A stretch of DNA of 64,000 bases. It comes from Alphaproteobacteria bacterium (GTDB lineage Bacteria; Pseudomonadota; Alphaproteobacteria; UBA8366). Both the position numbers and the translations under genes were made by a program. The notes beneath the pieces were generated by a model that saw nothing but the letters and a program-made list of their open reading frames with translations, was not told the origin of the DNA and searched no databases. Positions 29,678 through 39,249 of the stretch are shown here, piece after piece. Numbering within the stretch: position 1 is the stretch's first letter; each line of letters begins with the position of its first letter. Location: NCBI GenBank assembly GCA_965228425.1, contig OZ245815.1:4621234-4685233 (forward strand), written 5' to 3'.

Positions 29678-31356
29678 CCGCCGCGACCCGATCTCTACGC
29701 CGACTCGCCGGAGCGGCCCTGTGTATTGTCGCCGCCGGCGGGCTGTCGATCGCCCCCGTTCAAGCGCGCAATGAGCTCGTTATCGGCATCAGCCAATTTC
29801 CCGACAACTTCAATCCCAAGATCAACTCGATGGCGGCCAAGTCGTACATCCTGGCCCTGGCCCGCCGGCCGGTCACGACCTTCGACGCGGACTGGAACCT
29901 GATCTGCATGCTGTGCACCGAACTGCCGAGCAAGGAGAAGGGTACCGCACGTTTTGAGAAGACCAAGGACGGCAAGGACGGCGTCGCCGTAACCTACACG
30001 CTGCGCCCGGACGCGCGCTGGGGTGACGGCACGCCGATCACCACCAAGGACGTGGTCTTGAGTTGGCAGATCGGCAAGCATCCGATGAGCGGCGTCAGCA
30101 ACGCCGAGTTCTATCGCCGGATCGACCGCATCGACGTGAAGGACGACCACACCTTCACGCTGCACAAGAACAAGCGGACCTGCACCTACGCCAACGCCAA
30201 CGACTTCCACATCGTCCCCGCGCATCTGGAAAAACCGAAGTTCAAGAATCCCAGCACCTACAACCGGCGCAGCGCCTACGAATCGGATACGACCAATCCG
30301 GGGCTCTGGTTCGGCCCCTACCGGGTCGCCAAGGTCGAGGCGGGCTCGCATGTGGTGCTGGAGCGCAACCCCACCTGGTGGGGCCGCAAACCGGCCTTCG
30401 ACCGGGTCGTCGTCAAGGCGATCGAAAACACCTCGGCCATGACCGCCAACCTGCTCGCCGGGGGCATCGACTATATCGCCGGTGAAGTCGGCATGACGCT
30501 GGACCAGGCCATGGCGTTGGAAGACCGCCACGGCGACCGGTTCAACTTCGTCTTCAAGCCGAGCCTCGTCTACGAACATATCGACGTGAACCTGGACAAT
30601 CCCGTCCTGGCCGACCGCCGCGTCCGGCAGGCCTTGCTCTATGCCATCGACCGCAAGGCGATCAGCACGCAACTGTTCGACGGCTACCAGCCGGTCGCCA
30701 CCAGTTCGATCAACCCGCTCGACCGCGTCTACAGCGCGGACACGCCGCGCTACCCGCTCGACCGCGAGAAAGCCTCGGCGCTGCTAGACGACGCCGGGTG
30801 GCGGCTGCGCGACGACGGCATCCGCTACAACGACAAGGGCAAGCGGCTGCAGCTCATGATCATGACGACGGCCGGCAACAAGACGCGGGAACTCGTCCAA
30901 CAGGTCCTGCAGAGCAATTGGCGGCAGGTCGGCATCGACATGCGCATCCGGAACGAGCCGGCCCGCGTCTTCTTCGGCGAAACGGTGCGGCGGCGGAAAT
31001 TCTCCGGGCTGGCGATGTACGCGTGGCTGTCGTCGCCGCAAAACGTGCCGCGCGGACAACTCCATTCGGAAGAAATCCCCAGCGCCGAGGGCGGATGGTC
31101 GGGACAGAACTACCCGGGCCTGCGCAGCCCGGCCTTCGACGCGGTTCTAGACAGCCTCGAAACCGAGTGCGACCCGGAAAAGAACATGCGGCTCTGGCAC
31201 GACCTGCAAAAGCTCTACATGGAGGAACTGCCGGCCTTGCCGCTGTATTTCCGCGCCCAGCCCCACATCATGCCGACATGGCTGAAAGGGGTGAACCCGA
31301 CCGGCCATCAATATCCGGCGAGCCTGTGGATCGAGGAATGGACGGCGAAGAAGTGA
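29674..31356 (+). CDS. ABC transporter substrate-binding protein, family 5 (peptide/nickel type)
   Basis: The start is the ATG at 29674 (MTAATRSLRRLAGAALCIVAAGG..., a signal peptide), with an ATGA overlap with the cupin stop. It has family 5 SBP size and sequence character. Confidence 0.85.
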   Translation: MTAATRSLRRLAGAALCIVAAGGLSIAPVQARNELVIGISQFPDNFNPKINSMAAKSYILALARRPVTTFDADWNLICMLCTELPSKEKGTARFEKTKDGKDGVAVTYTLRPDARWGDGTPITTKDVVLSWQIGKHPMSGVSNAEFYRRIDRIDVKDDHTFTLHKNKRTCTYANANDFHIVPAHLEKPKFKNPSTYNRRSAYESDTTNPGLWFGPYRVAKVEAGSHVVLERNPTWWGRKPAFDRVVVKAIENTSAMTANLLAGGIDYIAGEVGMTLDQAMALEDRHGDRFNFVFKPSLVYEHIDVNLDNPVLADRRVRQALLYAIDRKAISTQLFDGYQPVATSSINPLDRVYSADTPRYPLDREKASALLDDAGWRLRDDGIRYNDKGKRLQLMIMTTAGNKTRELVQQVLQSNWRQVGIDMRIRNEPARVFFGETVRRRKFSGLAMYAWLSSPQNVPRGQLHSEEIPSAEGGWSGQNYPGLRSPAFDAVLDSLETECDPEKNMRLWHDLQKLYMEELPALPLYFRAQPHIMPTWLKGVNPTGHQYPASLWIEEWTAKK

Positions 31357-31375
31357 GGCGGGCGCCGGCCACGCG

Positions 31376-32038
31376 TCACTCGCGCGGCTCCTCCGTGGCC
31401 TTGGTTTGGTATTGCGGGGCCGCCAAGCCCATGGAGACGTAAATCTGCGTCAACGCCTCGACGCCGAAATCGGCCGGCTCGATCCAATCCTTCGGAACGA
31501 AGATCAGGCCGCCGCCGAACGGGATCGGCGCCGTCGGAACCAGAATCCCGCAATAGGATTTGTCCTTGAGGTGAATGAGTTCGGACGTGGGCATCAGGGC
31601 AAGCACGGCGGCGCCCGCGTCACCGCCGAAAAAGCACCATACCGGACTCATCGACTTTAGATCGACTTCCTCCCGGCGCTCCAACATGGCGATGAAGCTA
31701 TTGGAGAGGCTATACATGCTGCCGATCAGCGGGACGCGACCGACCGTGTTGTCGAGAAAGGCCTTGAACCGTCCGCGCAAGGTCGACATGACGACCAGTC
31801 CGACCAGATAGAAGAGCAGCAGCAGAGCGACGACGCCGACGCCGTAAGCGATCGTCTCGTTGCGCAGGATGGTGACGCCGAGCCGGGAAAGGAACTGCCC
31901 GAACACGCTGCCCGGGCCGAGATAGTCCCGGATGAAATCCGCTAGCCAAACGACCACGATCGCGGTTAGGAGGATCGGAAGAACGGCGAGAAAACCCGCC
32001 ATTATCCGCTGCGCGAATGACCTTAAGAGTCTGTACAT
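31376..32038 (-). CDS. DUF502 family membrane protein
   Basis: MYRLLRSFAQRIMAGFLAVLPILLTAIVVVWL is a typical DUF502 N-terminus. The ATG at 32038 is preceded by GGAAGG. Confidence 0.75.
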   Translation of the reverse strand: MYRLLRSFAQRIMAGFLAVLPILLTAIVVVWLADFIRDYLGPGSVFGQFLSRLGVTILRNETIAYGVGVVALLLLFYLVGLVVMSTLRGRFKAFLDNTVGRVPLIGSMYSLSNSFIAMLERREEVDLKSMSPVWCFFGGDAGAAVLALMPTSELIHLKDKSYCGILVPTAPIPFGGGLIFVPKDWIEPADFGVEALTQIYVSMGLAAPQYQTKATEEPRE

Positions 32039-32250
32039 CAAACGACCTTCCATCGAACGGACGCGGGCGGCGCAATCGCCTTAAAGACGGGCGACCTTAC
32101 GGCGAAATTCATGGTTGGTCCCGCGAATTCGCACGGCACGTTGTCCCGCCCAAGCCAAGCGTGCCTAGAAGAGAAACGTCCGACCGGGCACAACAATCCC
32201 ATAATTCCGAAAATAGGGACCCGGTATCAGAAAAATAAGCGTCCGGGCGG

Positions 32251-33171
32251 TCAAACGGCCCACTTCCGTGGCTTCGTCAATGTGCCGGTCTTGCGCGCAA
32301 TATCGAGAAATCGGGCGACCGCGGGGGATGCATCATCTTGCCGCCACGCGACGCCGAATTCGATATGGCGCGATGCGGGTCGCGTTTTGAGATTGCGGAA
32401 CACGACCCCCGGCGGCCTGAAATGCCGCAGTGATGCCGCGCCGACCGCGACGCCGATCCCCGCCGCGACGAGGCTTACCATCGTGTGAAGATGCTGCACC
32501 TCTTCGACAACTTTCGGGGCAAACCCGGCTTCCGCGAAGGCAGAGGATACGTGCGCGTGAAGGCCGGTCCCCCAACGCGGCGGGATGAAGACGAAGGGCT
32601 CGTCCCGCAGGTCGGCGATACCCACAACCTTTCGCGTCGCCAGGCGATGTTCTTCGGGCACGGCGACGATCAATGGCTCCTTGTGGAAAATCTGCTGCAC
32701 CACCCCTTTCGCGGATGCCATCGGCGCAAGGAAGAGCGCCACGTCGATTTCCTTGACCCGCAGCGCCTCCGGCTGGTCCGGCGTCGTGATTTCGGCAAAC
32801 CGCAAGCCCACCTCGGGATGCCGGTCCCGGAAGATTCGCAGGATTCGCGGCAAAACATCATAGGTCGCCGTCGGAAAAAACCCGATCGTGATCCGACCGC
32901 TCAATCCTCTCGCGACCGCTTGCGCCACCGCCACGCTGTCGTCCAACTGGGACAGCAGAAGTTCGGCGCGACCAAGAAAAACCTCGCCGGCGCGAGTCAG
33001 CTCGACGCGATGCCGGTCGCGCAAGAACAACGGCGTCCCGATTTCCTCTTCCAGCTTTCGGATGGCCTCGCTCAACGGCGGTTGCGAGATATGCAGTTGT
33101 GCCGCGGCGCGGCGGAAACTGCGTTCTTTCGCAACCGCAATGAACCGCTCGAGTTGGCGAATGTCGGGCAC
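32251..33171 (-). CDS. LysR family transcriptional regulator
   Basis: It has an N-terminal HTH (LERFIAVAKERSFRRAAAQLHISQPPLSEAIRKLE) and is divergent from the TauD genes. Confidence 0.9.
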   Translation of the reverse strand: MPDIRQLERFIAVAKERSFRRAAAQLHISQPPLSEAIRKLEEEIGTPLFLRDRHRVELTRAGEVFLGRAELLLSQLDDSVAVAQAVARGLSGRITIGFFPTATYDVLPRILRIFRDRHPEVGLRFAEITTPDQPEALRVKEIDVALFLAPMASAKGVVQQIFHKEPLIVAVPEEHRLATRKVVGIADLRDEPFVFIPPRWGTGLHAHVSSAFAEAGFAPKVVEEVQHLHTMVSLVAAGIGVAVGAASLRHFRPPGVVFRNLKTRPASRHIEFGVAWRQDDASPAVARFLDIARKTGTLTKPRKWAV

Positions 33172-33199
33172 CGCAGCCTCCTATCTACGCACTTGCTTA

Positions 33200-33220
33200 G
33201 TGATAGGGTTTTCATATCAC
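33200..33220. promoter_or_regulatory. candidate LysR-type operator (GTGATA-N9-TATCAC)
   Basis: A perfect 6-bp inverted repeat with a 9-bp spacer lies in the 161-bp divergent region between the LysR gene and the first TauD gene. A further TATCAC half-site lies at about 33247-33252. Confidence 0.45.
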
Positions 33221-33332
33221 GATAGCAAAGAAAAACGTATTTGCCATATCACCCGCCGCTCCCTACCGTGATCGAAAACCGATTACCGGAGCGGCACCAA
33301 CAGTAACGGCGTGCCAATTGGGAGGACGAACC

Positions 33333-34190
33333 ATGAGCCATGTCGCCAAGCCCGACCAGTCCAAGCGCTACGACCAAATCGCCGTGCATCCGCAAGCGGG
33401 CACCTTGGGGGCGGAGATCGTCGGCGTCGACCTGTCGAAACCGCTGGAGGATGCGGTCTTCGCGGAGATCGAACAGGCCTTCCACGAAAATCTGGTCATC
33501 GTCCTGCGCAATCAAACGATCGAACCGGGCGACCTGGTCGCCTTCACGGAGCGCTTCGGCGCGGTCGAACCCCATCCGCTCGGCTCGCGGCGCGGGCTGG
33601 AAAGTCAGCCCGAAGTCATGATCCTCGAGAACAAGCCGGGGAAGCTCGGACCGCGTAACGATTTCTGGCATTCGGATATTTCCTTCGGCGACCAACCACC
33701 ACTGGGATCGATCCTGTACTCGATCAAGATCACCGAAGGCCGCGGCGACACCATGTTCTGCAACATGTATGACGCCTACGAGGGTTTGTCCGACGGCCTG
33801 CGCACGATGCTGGACGGCATGACAGCCCTGCACTCCGCCGAAAAGCTCGTGCGGGAGGTGCCGAACCGGCTGTCGGTGGACATCGCGCCGGCGGCGGTCG
33901 AGCACCCGGTCGTGCGCACCCATGTCGGCACCGGGCGCAAGGCCCTCTATGTCAATCCGCATTACACGCTGAGCTTCAAGGGCTGGACGCCCGAGGAAAG
34001 CCAACCGCTGCTCGACATGCTGACCGCCCGGGCCACCCGCCCGGAAAACGTCTATCGGCACAAATGGCAGGTTGGCGATGTCCTGATGTGGGATAACCGA
34101 TGCACCATGCACTACGCCGTGCGCGACTACGACGATACGATGCCGCGGCTGATGCATCGCACGACGGCCGCCGGCGACATTCCCCATTAA
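33333..34190 (+). CDS. TauD/TfdA family Fe(II)/2-oxoglutarate dioxygenase
   Basis: The start is the ATG at 33333 behind GGGAGGA. It has FWHSDISF (the HxD facial-triad region), and MWDNRCTMHYA and RLMHRTT near the C-terminus. Confidence 0.9.
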   Translation: MSHVAKPDQSKRYDQIAVHPQAGTLGAEIVGVDLSKPLEDAVFAEIEQAFHENLVIVLRNQTIEPGDLVAFTERFGAVEPHPLGSRRGLESQPEVMILENKPGKLGPRNDFWHSDISFGDQPPLGSILYSIKITEGRGDTMFCNMYDAYEGLSDGLRTMLDGMTALHSAEKLVREVPNRLSVDIAPAAVEHPVVRTHVGTGRKALYVNPHYTLSFKGWTPEESQPLLDMLTARATRPENVYRHKWQVGDVLMWDNRCTMHYAVRDYDDTMPRLMHRTTAAGDIPH

Positions 34191-34221
34191 CGGTGTTCGC
34201 AGCGGCGAGGAGGCCTGAAAC

Positions 34222-35088
34222 ATGACGATATCAATTGTCCCGTTGACCGATGCGCTGGGGGCGGAAATTCAGGGCATCGATCTGGCTCAACCGCTGGACG
34301 ACCGGACATTCGCCCGGATCGAGGACGCCTTCCATGCCCACTCGGTCTTGCTGTTTCGCGACCAATCGCTCTCGCCGGACCAGCAAGTAGCGTTCTCGCG
34401 GCGCTTCGGCGATCTCGAAACCCATGTCTTGGATCAATACAACCATCCCGACTTTCCGGAGATCCTGATCGTCTCGAATGTCATGGATGGCGACCGCCAC
34501 GTGGGAATCTACGACGCCGGGAAGTATTGGCACACCGACCTTTCCTACATGGAGGTGCCGAGCCGCGGCTCGATGCTACACGCAATCGAAGTGCCAGTGG
34601 AAAACGGCGAACCGTTGGGCGATACGCTGTTCACCAGCACCACGGCCGCCTATGACGCACTGACAGACGACCTGAAAGAGCAGATCGAGTCCCTCGAAGC
34701 GGTTTACAGCCTCGGGCATCGGTTCTCCCGCCTCGTCGCGGACGGCGACGCGGACGCGGCGATGACGGAAGCGCAGCTTGAACGAGCACCGGAGGTGACC
34801 CACCGCATCGTGCAGACCCACCCCATCACCGGCCGGCGCGTCCTCTATGTCAACGAGGGTCAGACGGCCCGGCTGCTCGGCATGTCCGATGGGGAAAGCC
34901 GTGCGCTGCTCGACACGCTTTTCGCCCATATCGCGCGGCCGGCCTACACCTATCGTCACAAATGGCGAAAGGGCGACGTCGTCATGTGGGACAACATCCC
35001 GACGCAGCATTTGGCGATTCAGGACTATGCCCTGCCGCAGCGGCGTTACATGCACCGCACGACGCTGCGGGGCACCGCGCTGGCATAA
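34222..35088 (+). CDS. TauD/TfdA family Fe(II)/2-oxoglutarate dioxygenase (second copy)
   Basis: It has YWHTDLSY, MWDNIPTQHLA and RYMHRTT. Confidence 0.9.
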   Translation: MTISIVPLTDALGAEIQGIDLAQPLDDRTFARIEDAFHAHSVLLFRDQSLSPDQQVAFSRRFGDLETHVLDQYNHPDFPEILIVSNVMDGDRHVGIYDAGKYWHTDLSYMEVPSRGSMLHAIEVPVENGEPLGDTLFTSTTAAYDALTDDLKEQIESLEAVYSLGHRFSRLVADGDADAAMTEAQLERAPEVTHRIVQTHPITGRRVLYVNEGQTARLLGMSDGESRALLDTLFAHIARPAYTYRHKWRKGDVVMWDNIPTQHLAIQDYALPQRRYMHRTTLRGTALA

Positions 35089-35105
35089 CGCCACTCCCAA
35101 ACAGG

Positions 35106-36479
35106 ATGAAAAAGATCGAGGCCATGGAAAGCGCATCGCAAACCCTTGCCCGGCATGTCGTGCGGACGACCTATGACGACCTGCCGGCACCCGCCATCGA
35201 CGCCGCGAAATGGTTCCTGCTGGACACGGTCGGGGTCGCCTGGGCGGGAACCGGAGCACCCGGCGCCGACGCTTTGCGGCGGACGGTGCTTGCCGACCAC
35301 GCCGCCGGCGACTGCACGGAACTCGCCTCGGACCATCGGCTACCGCCGACGTCGGCCGCGCTGTTGAACGGCATGTATGCGGGCGCGTTGGATTTCGACG
35401 GGGTGTATGAAAAGGGATCGGTCCATCCCGACATCGTCACACTGCCCGCCGCCCTCGCCATTGCGGAACAACAACATGCCAGCGGACGCGACCTGTTGAC
35501 GGCACTGACCCTCGGCAACGACATCTCGTGCCGGTCCGGCGGGGCGATGACCGGCAACCGGGGATGGTTCAATACGGCGACGCATGGCGTGTTCGGCGGC
35601 GCGGCGGCGGCCGCGAAGCTCCTGCGGTTGGATGCGGATCAAACCGCGGACGCGCTGGGACTTGCGTTCAGTCAGGCTGCGGGATCGCAACAGGCGCTCG
35701 TCGAAAAAAGCCTCGTCAAGCGCATGCTGTCCGGCATGGCCGCCCGCGCCGCGGTCTTCGCCGCGCTCGCCGCCCAGCAGGGCGTATCCGCACCGAAAGA
35801 AGTGTTCGAAGGGACGTTCGGATTCCATACCCTATACGGCGACGGCGATAGCGGCGCGTTGCTCGAGCGGCTCGGCGAGCGGTACGAGAATGCCGACACG
35901 GTGACCAAGAAATATCCAAGCTGCACCGCCAACCACGTCGCGATCGAGGCGGCGCTTACGTTGCGCGACGCGCATGGTCTCACCGCGGACGACATCGACG
36001 GGGCAACCGTGACGATCTCACCCTTCATGGACGGCCTGGTCGGCGGCCCGTTCGACCCGGCCGACAACCCGCAGGTCGCGGCGCAATTCTCGGTCCAGTA
36101 TTCGGTCGCCTGCGCGATCGTGCGCGGGCGGCTGGGTATCGCGGAAATCCAGGAAGACATCATTGCCGACCCGTCGATCAATGCCCTGGCAGAAAAGATA
36201 TCGGTGCGCGTGAACCAGGACTGGCCCGGTAAGTTCGCGCCCTGCGACCTGCAGATCCGCACGGCCGACGGGCGGGACCTGAACCATCACGCGGCGCACA
36301 CGCCGGGAAGCCCGGAGAATCCCATGAGCCTGGGCGACCTGAAGGATAAGTTCCGCGACTGCACGGCATCGGGCATCCGTCCGTTGTCGGATGCGCAATG
36401 CGACCGTGCAATCGAGACGATCCTGAATATCGAAGGCGCCGCCGATATCAGCGGCGTCTTCGCATTCCAGCAGCTTTAG
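35106..36479 (+). CDS. MmgE/PrpD family protein
   Basis: The start is the ATG at 35106 (MKKIEAMESASQTLARHVV.TTYDDLP..AIDAAK..LLDTVGVA, a typical PrpD-family N-terminus). Length is 457 aa. Confidence 0.85.
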   Translation: MKKIEAMESASQTLARHVVRTTYDDLPAPAIDAAKWFLLDTVGVAWAGTGAPGADALRRTVLADHAAGDCTELASDHRLPPTSAALLNGMYAGALDFDGVYEKGSVHPDIVTLPAALAIAEQQHASGRDLLTALTLGNDISCRSGGAMTGNRGWFNTATHGVFGGAAAAAKLLRLDADQTADALGLAFSQAAGSQQALVEKSLVKRMLSGMAARAAVFAALAAQQGVSAPKEVFEGTFGFHTLYGDGDSGALLERLGERYENADTVTKKYPSCTANHVAIEAALTLRDAHGLTADDIDGATVTISPFMDGLVGGPFDPADNPQVAAQFSVQYSVACAIVRGRLGIAEIQEDIIADPSINALAEKISVRVNQDWPGKFAPCDLQIRTADGRDLNHHAAHTPGSPENPMSLGDLKDKFRDCTASGIRPLSDAQCDRAIETILNIEGAADISGVFAFQQL

Positions 36480-36503
36480 ACGACATCAGCCCGCGCCGAA
36501 GCG

Positions 36504-37259
36504 TCACCGCATCTTGGCGACCATCTCCGCAGCGGCGACCCCAAGGATGCGGTAGTCGACCGACAGCGTCACCAGATCGAAGCCCGACTTCAGCATCTTC
36601 TTGGCGTATTCGGACGAGGCGCAATGGATGCCCGCATTCACGCCATGCTTCTTGGCTTGGCGCAGGATGCGCTTGATCTCTTTCACGACGACCGGATCGG
36701 TTTGGTCCAGCTTCGGAATCTTGCCGAGCGCCAAACCCAGGTCCGACGGTCCGACATAGACGGCGTCCAGCCCCGGTACCGACAGGATGTCGTCGAGATT
36801 GGCGAGGCCGTCTTCGGTCTCGATCATGCCGATCGCCAGGACGGTCGCGTTCGCCTTCGCCGCGTAATCGTCGCCGCCGTACATCGAGGCGCGCGCCGGT
36901 CCGAAACTGCGCTGTCCCTTCGGCGGATACCGGCAGGCAGCGACCAGACGCTCCGCGTCTTCCTTGTTGTTGATCATCGGGCAGATAATGCCGTAGCAGC
37001 CAGCGTCCAGCATCTTCATGATGATGCCTTCTTCCAGCCAGGGCACGCGCGCCATCGGCGTCGCCTTGGTCGTACTGATCGCCTGGAGCATGGGGACCGC
37101 GGTGTCGTAGTGGACGATGCCGTGCTGCAGATCGACGGTAACCGAATCGAATCCCTGATGGGCCATCACCTCGGCCGCGAAACTGCTGGGAATCGAGCAC
37201 CAGCCGTTGACGACCCCTTTCTTGCCCCGCCACATCCGGCGGACATTGTTTGCACGCAT
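36504..37259 (-). CDS. HpcH/HpaI family class II aldolase
   Basis: 251 aa with GWCSIPSSFAAEVMAHQGFDSVTVDLQHG and PMARVPW motifs. Confidence 0.85.
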   Translation of the reverse strand: MRANNVRRMWRGKKGVVNGWCSIPSSFAAEVMAHQGFDSVTVDLQHGIVHYDTAVPMLQAISTTKATPMARVPWLEEGIIMKMLDAGCYGIICPMINNKEDAERLVAACRYPPKGQRSFGPARASMYGGDDYAAKANATVLAIGMIETEDGLANLDDILSVPGLDAVYVGPSDLGLALGKIPKLDQTDPVVVKEIKRILRQAKKHGVNAGIHCASSEYAKKMLKSGFDLVTLSVDYRILGVAAAEMVAKMR

Positions 37260-37307
37260 GAATTCCTCCCTGAAACTGATTAAGTGTTGTTCTCCGAATC
37301 CCGGTCG

Positions 37308-38291
37308 CTACGGTAGATCGAGAACGTCCGGGTTGATGACCATGTCGAGATTCAAATTCCCATCGATCGCGTCCAGCACATTCTGGACACAGACCATCCC
37401 CATCCGCAACGACGCTTCCTTGCTCGACCCGCCCATATGCGGCGCGCACAAGACATTGTCGAAGGCGAAAAGCGGATGGTCGGGCGCCGGTGGCTCCACC
37501 GCGAATACGTCGAGCCCGACACCGAACAAACGGCCGGCCGTCAACGCATCCAACAGCGCAGCCTCGTCCACGAGGCCCCCGCGCGCGCAATTGACGACGA
37601 TCGCCGTATCCTTCATCGCGGCCAGTTCATCGGCGCCGATCATGCCGACGGTTTCCTCGTTCTTCGGCACGTGAACGGTCAGATAGTCCACCTCACCCAG
37701 AACCGACCGGTAGTCGGCGACCGGCGTGCACCCGGCGTCACGGATGATTTGTTGGTCGATATACGGATCGCAGACCAGGACGTTCATCTCGAATGCCTTG
37801 CAACGCGCGGCGACCCGGCGGCCGATCCGGCCGAACCCGATGATCAACAGCGTCTTCTGCCACAGCTCGATCATGTTGGCCTGGAACTTGAAGGTCCAAT
37901 CGTCGCCGCGCACGGCCCGGTCGTGATCCCGTCCGCGCTTGGCGAGTTCGAGCATCATGTAGATCGCAAGCTCGGCGACGTTGACCGCATTTGCCTCGCC
38001 GACGACGGTGAGCGGCACGCCGCATTCATTCAGCGCCTCCAGGTCGACATTGTCGTAGCCGACGCCGTAGCGCGACACCACTTTCAGGTCCGGCGCGGAC
38101 CGGATCATGCCGCCGGTCACGAAAGCGGCGCGCAACGCGACACCGGATGTTCCCGGAAACGCGGCAAGCAGCGACTCCTCGGAAACATCCGTTATGTGTT
38201 CCACCGAAATGTCGTCGCGCGCGGTGAAAAGATCGAGCGCCGACGGCGGCAGTTCGCCGATGACAAGGACCTTGTGCTGATTTTTCGTCAT
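37308..38291 (-). CDS. D-isomer-specific 2-hydroxyacid dehydrogenase
   Basis: It has the IIGFGRIGRRVA NAD-binding motif, the NCARGGLVDE and APHMGGSS catalytic regions. Confidence 0.9.
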   Translation of the reverse strand: MTKNQHKVLVIGELPPSALDLFTARDDISVEHITDVSEESLLAAFPGTSGVALRAAFVTGGMIRSAPDLKVVSRYGVGYDNVDLEALNECGVPLTVVGEANAVNVAELAIYMMLELAKRGRDHDRAVRGDDWTFKFQANMIELWQKTLLIIGFGRIGRRVAARCKAFEMNVLVCDPYIDQQIIRDAGCTPVADYRSVLGEVDYLTVHVPKNEETVGMIGADELAAMKDTAIVVNCARGGLVDEAALLDALTAGRLFGVGLDVFAVEPPAPDHPLFAFDNVLCAPHMGGSSKEASLRMGMVCVQNVLDAIDGNLNLDMVINPDVLDLP

Positions 38292-38517
38292 GCAAACTCC
38301 GCGGCCGCTTCGCCTGGGCCATCGCTCGTGCGGGCGTCATGTCCAGCGAAGGGAAACCGGAAGGAGACGATCCGTCGTGAAAACCAAGGTGCGGCCTTGC
38401 GCCGCTGCCAAATTCCATAGCAGGATACGCGGCGGCTATGCAAACGCCCGCATCGATTTTGTAATCGCGTCGACCAAATCAAAACACCATCTTCAATGAT
38501 CCGAAAGGACGGCACCA

Positions 38518-39225
38518 ATGACCGAAACGCCCCTGGACACCGCGCTGCTCGACACGTTGCGCAAGTACGACACCCCGACGATCTGCAACGGGCTCGAAAT
38601 CGTAGCACCGGAGCGCCGCGCGACCGGTTTCACGACGTCGCAGATGGTGTCCTGCAATCCGTCGCTGCCGCCGATCGTCGGTTATGCGCGCACCTGTCTA
38701 ATCCGCGCCGTCGACGCACCGACCATGTCCCCGCAAGAGACCAAGGACAAGCGGCTTGGGTATTACGAATACGTGGCGTCGGGCGACGGACCGACGATTC
38801 CGGTGATCCAGGATATCGATCCGGTCCCCGGCTTCGGCGCGTTCTGGGGCGAAGTACAGACCAACGTGCATAAGGCGCTCGGTTGCCCCGGCGCGGTGAC
38901 CAACGGGTCGATCCGCGATCTCGACGCGCTCGCCGAAGGATTCCACTTGATCGGCGGCGAAGTCGGGCCGAGCCATGCGCATGTACATGTCGTCGAGTTC
39001 GGCACGCATGTGAATCTGTTCGGCATGGCAGTGAAACACGGCGACCTGATCCATGCGGATCATCACGGCGCGGTCGTCATCCCGCATGCGGTGGCCAACG
39101 ACCTGCCGGCCGCGATCACGGTGATCGAGAAAAAGGAAAGCTTCATCCTCGAGGCCGCCCGCAGCGGAAACTTCACCGTCGATGCGTTGCGCAAGGCGAT
39201 GGCGGACGGCGAGGACATCCACTAA
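38518..39225 (+). CDS. RraA-family protein (HMG/CHA aldolase / oxaloacetate decarboxylase-like)
   Basis: 235 aa. LRKYDTPTICNGLE and GAVTNGSIRD are typical RraA/DlpA-fold motifs. Confidence 0.85.
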   Translation: MTETPLDTALLDTLRKYDTPTICNGLEIVAPERRATGFTTSQMVSCNPSLPPIVGYARTCLIRAVDAPTMSPQETKDKRLGYYEYVASGDGPTIPVIQDIDPVPGFGAFWGEVQTNVHKALGCPGAVTNGSIRDLDALAEGFHLIGGEVGPSHAHVHVVEFGTHVNLFGMAVKHGDLIHADHHGAVVIPHAVANDLPAAITVIEKKESFILEAARSGNFTVDALRKAMADGEDIH

Positions 39226-39249
39226 GGACGAAGCGCCCGGACCGACGGA

